DNA of 29,560 nt, taken from NCBI GenBank assembly GCA_043736195.1, contig JAYTDE010000169.1, positions 1 to 29,560 on the forward strand. The letters run 5' to 3'. The position numbers were made by a program, and so were the translations under genes. The DNA comes from Burkholderiales bacterium. GTDB lineage: Bacteria; Pseudomonadota; Gammaproteobacteria; Burkholderiales; JAEUOS01. Under the pieces are notes generated by a model. That model was not told the origin of the DNA. It saw only the letters and a program-made list of their open reading frames with translations, and made no database searches. Shown piece by piece: positions 26,832 to 29,560 of this stretch. Position 1 is the first letter of the stretch; each line of letters begins with the position of its first letter.

Positions 26832-27116
26832 ATGAGCTTGCCTGTCGATTACTTTCAGTTGTTGGCCGCCGTGAAGGGCCTTTCGAAGCGCAACCTCAAA
26901 CACACGTTGACGATTTTCCGTGCCTACGCCGACGAGCCAGCGTTCCTGAGCCCCGAAGCGGCCGAGAAAATGCCACAGCTTGTGGCACAAATCGCGGGCG
27001 CGGCGCAGTTACTGCAACCGCTAGTTGCGCAATTGCACTTTGCGCACAACATGCTGCCCTTACAGTTCGTCAAGGATCGCGAATTTTCACGGATCGTCTA
27101 CAGTGCAGCCACTTGA
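26832..27116 (+). pseudogene. Internally deleted and truncated DUF1016/YhcG fragment (copy 2)
   Basis: MSLPVDYFQLLAAVK then GLSKRNLKHTLTIFRAY...MPQLVAQI...LQPLVAQLHFAHNMLPLQFVKD. The start resembles the YhcG Y..LL..IK helix, joined directly to the GFSxRNL...VAQIPWGHN..L...KD segment. Confidence 0.6.
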
Positions 27117-27135
27117 TGGACTGGAGAGCGAACTC

Positions 27136-27270
27136 ATGATTCGCACAATCCGGATCGACGGGTTCAAGTCCTTTGTTTCGATGGAGCTGCCGTTCGGGCG
27201 GGTGAATTGCTTCATCGACACCAACGGCATGGGCAGGCTCGCTCTGATGCAAGGGTTACTTATATGTTGA
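27136..27270 (+). pseudogene. 44-codon remnant of an ABC-type (AAA_21-like) ATPase N-terminus
   Basis: GGAGAG RBS; MIRTIRIDGFKSFVSMELPFGRVNCFIDTNGMGRL parallels the next gene's MLTRIEIDGFKTFEGLTVNLAPFTTVVGSNAAGKS, but the Walker A is degenerate and the ORF stops after 44 aa. Confidence 0.65.
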
Positions 27271-28661
27271 CTCGTATCGAGATCGACGGTTTCAAGACGT
27301 TCGAAGGACTGACCGTCAATCTCGCGCCCTTCACGACCGTGGTCGGTAGCAACGCGGCGGGCAAGAGCAATCTGTTCGACGTCATCCAGTTGCTCTCGAA
27401 CCTCGCCACACGAGATGTCTACGAGGCGCTGAAGGATATGCGCGGCGAGCCACTGGAGTTGTTTCGCAAGACCGCGGGGGGCGAGGCCAAGCAAATCACG
27501 CTGGCGGCGGAGGTGCTGGTCGATCCGGTGGTACGGGATCCATGGGGTAGTGAAGTGAAAATCACCCACACCCGCATGCGTTACGAAGTCACGCTGGAAC
27601 GCCGTGAAATCAGACCCGGGGTCGAGCGCATACAGGTCGCGCGGGAGCAGGTTTTGCCGATCTTGCGCAAGGACGACCAATGGTCCGTTGAGGTTGCGCC
27701 TTCGAAGACTTTTCGGGCAGCGTATCTCAAATATGCGCGTAAGAACCCCTGGCTGACGACGGAATCGAAACCGGACGGACTCACGTTCAACATTCATCAT
27801 GACGGTAAGCAAGGCCGCAATCGGCCGGCAAGCGCGGCAGAGGCGACGGTGCTCTATAGCGTGACCAACGCGGCGGATTTTCCGCACCTGTTCGCGCTCC
27901 GTGAGGAAATGCGCTTCTGGCGACTCTTGCAGCTCGACCCCGCGTTGCTGCGCAGATCGGCACCTGCGACGGCCACGGATGTCCTGAATGTCGACGGTTC
28001 CAATCTTGCGGCGGTGCTGGCGCAGCTGAAAGCGGAAACCAAGAGCGCCGAGCAGCCAAATGGTGTGCTGAGCGACATCGCGGCGGAGTTGAACAACATC
28101 GTCGCCGGCGTGACGGAACTGGACGCGGAACTTCACCCGCCAAGCCGTGAATATCGAATCAAGCTGACTATGCGCGATGGGCTGCCGTTTTCATCGCGTG
28201 TCGTGTCGGACGGTACGTTGCGGGTGCTCGCGCTCCTCACCCTCCTGCACGACCCTCGCCATCGTGGCTTGATCTGCTTCGAGGAGCCCGAGAACGGCGT
28301 GCATCCGGCACGCATCAGGCAGCTGGTTCAACGGCTCCGCGACATGGTGACCAACCCGATGGAGGAGCTATTCGACGGTCAGCCGACGCCGCTCAGTCAA
28401 TTGCTGCTCAATAGTCATTCGCCCGTGGTACTAGCAGCACTTGTCGACAAAGATAACCATCCGGTCATGGGAACCATCCTGTTCGCCGACACTGCAACCA
28501 TTAGTGACCCGGACAAGAAGGAAATTCGCAGACGAACCCGGTTGCGGTCAGTACGCCAAAAGCCGCAAATCTCGTTGACCGGGATTGATGAGGCGCCGCA
28601 AGCTTTTGTCTCCGACTACGAAGTACAGAAGGTACTGGATACCGCCGAGGCGGAGGGCTAG
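27264..28661 (+). CDS. ABC-type (AAA_21-like) ATPase without transmembrane domains
   Basis: ATG at 27264; Walker A GSNAAGKS, signature-like VSDGTLR, Walker B/D-loop LICFEEPENGVHP, H-loop LNSHSP. Confidence 0.9.
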   Translation: MLTRIEIDGFKTFEGLTVNLAPFTTVVGSNAAGKSNLFDVIQLLSNLATRDVYEALKDMRGEPLELFRKTAGGEAKQITLAAEVLVDPVVRDPWGSEVKITHTRMRYEVTLERREIRPGVERIQVAREQVLPILRKDDQWSVEVAPSKTFRAAYLKYARKNPWLTTESKPDGLTFNIHHDGKQGRNRPASAAEATVLYSVTNAADFPHLFALREEMRFWRLLQLDPALLRRSAPATATDVLNVDGSNLAAVLAQLKAETKSAEQPNGVLSDIAAELNNIVAGVTELDAELHPPSREYRIKLTMRDGLPFSSRVVSDGTLRVLALLTLLHDPRHRGLICFEEPENGVHPARIRQLVQRLRDMVTNPMEELFDGQPTPLSQLLLNSHSPVVLAALVDKDNHPVMGTILFADTATISDPDKKEIRRRTRLRSVRQKPQISLTGIDEAPQAFVSDYEVQKVLDTAEAEG

Positions 28662-28663
28662 GC

Positions 28664-29329
28664 ATGCACTATCTGGGCCTCGCTCTCTACGCGGAGGGCA
28701 GCACCGACTATCATTTCCTGCGCCCGGTGCTTCAACGGTTGTGCGAAGAAGTGTGTGCCCAGGACGCCACCCAACCGGTAGAAGTGAGCGCGGTACTTGC
28801 GCTCGATCACCCAGCTTCGCAGAGCGCGGCGTCCCGCGATGCAAGAATTCTCGCAGCGGCGCGACAGTCGCGGGGCGCCTGGAAGGTTTTATTTGTACAT
28901 GCTGACGGCAGCGGCAATTCGGCACAAGCCCGTGAGAACCTGACCCGCCCGGCCATCGATCTCCTTGCCCAGCACTTTGCGGCTGAGGGCGTGGGTGTCG
29001 CCGTGGTGCCCGTTCGTGAAACAGAAGCCTGGGCTGTGACCGACGGCAATGCGTTGCGACAGGTATTCGGCACCACGCTCTCCGATACCGCGCTTGGGCT
29101 CCCCGCTTCTTCTGCGGCGGTTGAAGCTGCCCTCGATCCGAAAGCTATATTGAGGACGGCGTTCGACGCGACACGACCTTCCGGACAACGGCGTCGGCAG
29201 GGTGTATCACCCATGCTCAACGCGCTTGGGGAACAGGTATCACTTGCACGCTTGCGCCAGCTTTCCGCGTTTTCGGCTCTGGAAAGCGAATTACGCGACG
29301 GCTTGCAGCGGCTTCACATTCTGGCTTGA
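28664..29329 (+). CDS. Small TOPRIM-like protein (DUF4276/RloB-like), putative nuclease partner of the ATPase
   Basis: GGAGG RBS, 2 nt after the ATPase stop. Strand followed by AEGSTD, strand followed by VHADG, then VPVRETEAW and LDPK, the pattern remembered for DUF4276-like TOPRIM proteins. Confidence 0.72.
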   Translation: MHYLGLALYAEGSTDYHFLRPVLQRLCEEVCAQDATQPVEVSAVLALDHPASQSAASRDARILAAARQSRGAWKVLFVHADGSGNSAQARENLTRPAIDLLAQHFAAEGVGVAVVPVRETEAWAVTDGNALRQVFGTTLSDTALGLPASSAAVEAALDPKAILRTAFDATRPSGQRRRQGVSPMLNALGEQVSLARLRQLSAFSALESELRDGLQRLHILA

Positions 29330-29367
29330 ACGGCCGGGCTACCCCACATCGGTTCGAGAAAACTCCA

Positions 29368-29560
29368 ATGAACGCATCAACGCTGGTCCAGAAAGTCTGG
29401 AATTTCTGCCACACCCTGCGCGACGACGGCGTCGGCTACGGCGACTATCTGGAACAGCTCACCTACCTGCTGTTCCTCAAGCTGGCGCACGAATATGCGC
29501 AGGAGCCCTACAAACGGGACACCCACATCCCCAAGGGTTACGACTGGGCCAGCCTCACCT
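29368..29560 (+). CDS. hsdM: Type I RM methyltransferase subunit M (5' part; runs off the window)
   Basis: Hand translation MNASTLVQKVWNFCHTLRDDGVGYGDYLEQLTYLLFLKLAHEY... is a typical HsdM N-terminal domain. Confidence 0.9.
   Translation, partial: MNASTLVQKVWNFCHTLRDDGVGYGDYLEQLTYLLFLKLAHEYAQEPYKRDTHIPKGYDWASLT

Larger units (their letters stand above)
17393..29560 (+). other. Defence island (right boundary beyond the window)
   Basis: Eleven consecutive plus-strand genes or remnants, all from defence-associated families, with overlaps or very short gaps. No integrase or att site seen in the window. Confidence 0.85.

Overview
GC-rich proteobacterial chromosome segment; the multiple Bug/TctC genes suggest Betaproteobacteria (inference). 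It has four blocks. (1) 1-5720, housekeeping: HAD-IIB hydrolase and glpD on the minus strand, a DsbD-type thiol:disulfide transporter with a redoxin partner on the plus strand, and a NIPSNAP gene. (2) 5.8-11.1 kb: a very large SNF2-family helicase followed by an AbrB/VapB-PIN/VapC toxin-antitoxin pair. (3) 11.2-17.1 kb, a partly decaying uptake/catabolic cluster: three Bug/TctC solute-binding proteins (one split by an in-frame TAG), a Cys-type sulfatase, an alpha/beta hydrolase with His where the nucleophilic Ser should be, and a probable SDR N-terminal remnant. (4) 17.4 kb to the window end, a tightly packed plus-strand defence island: Fic, AAA ATPase + S8 protease (IetAS-like), DUF1016/YhcG remnant, hsdR, hsdS, second DUF1016 remnant, ABC-ATPase remnant, intact ABC-type ATPase + small TOPRIM-like (DUF4276-like) protein, and hsdM (runs off the window). 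The best candidate for an undescribed system is the ATPase/TOPRIM-like pair nested between hsdS and hsdM, which could be a PARIS/RloAB/PrrC-like back-up guarding the type I RM system. No tRNA, rRNA, CRISPR array, integrase or transposase was recognised. Family calls come from motif recognition by eye, not database searches.
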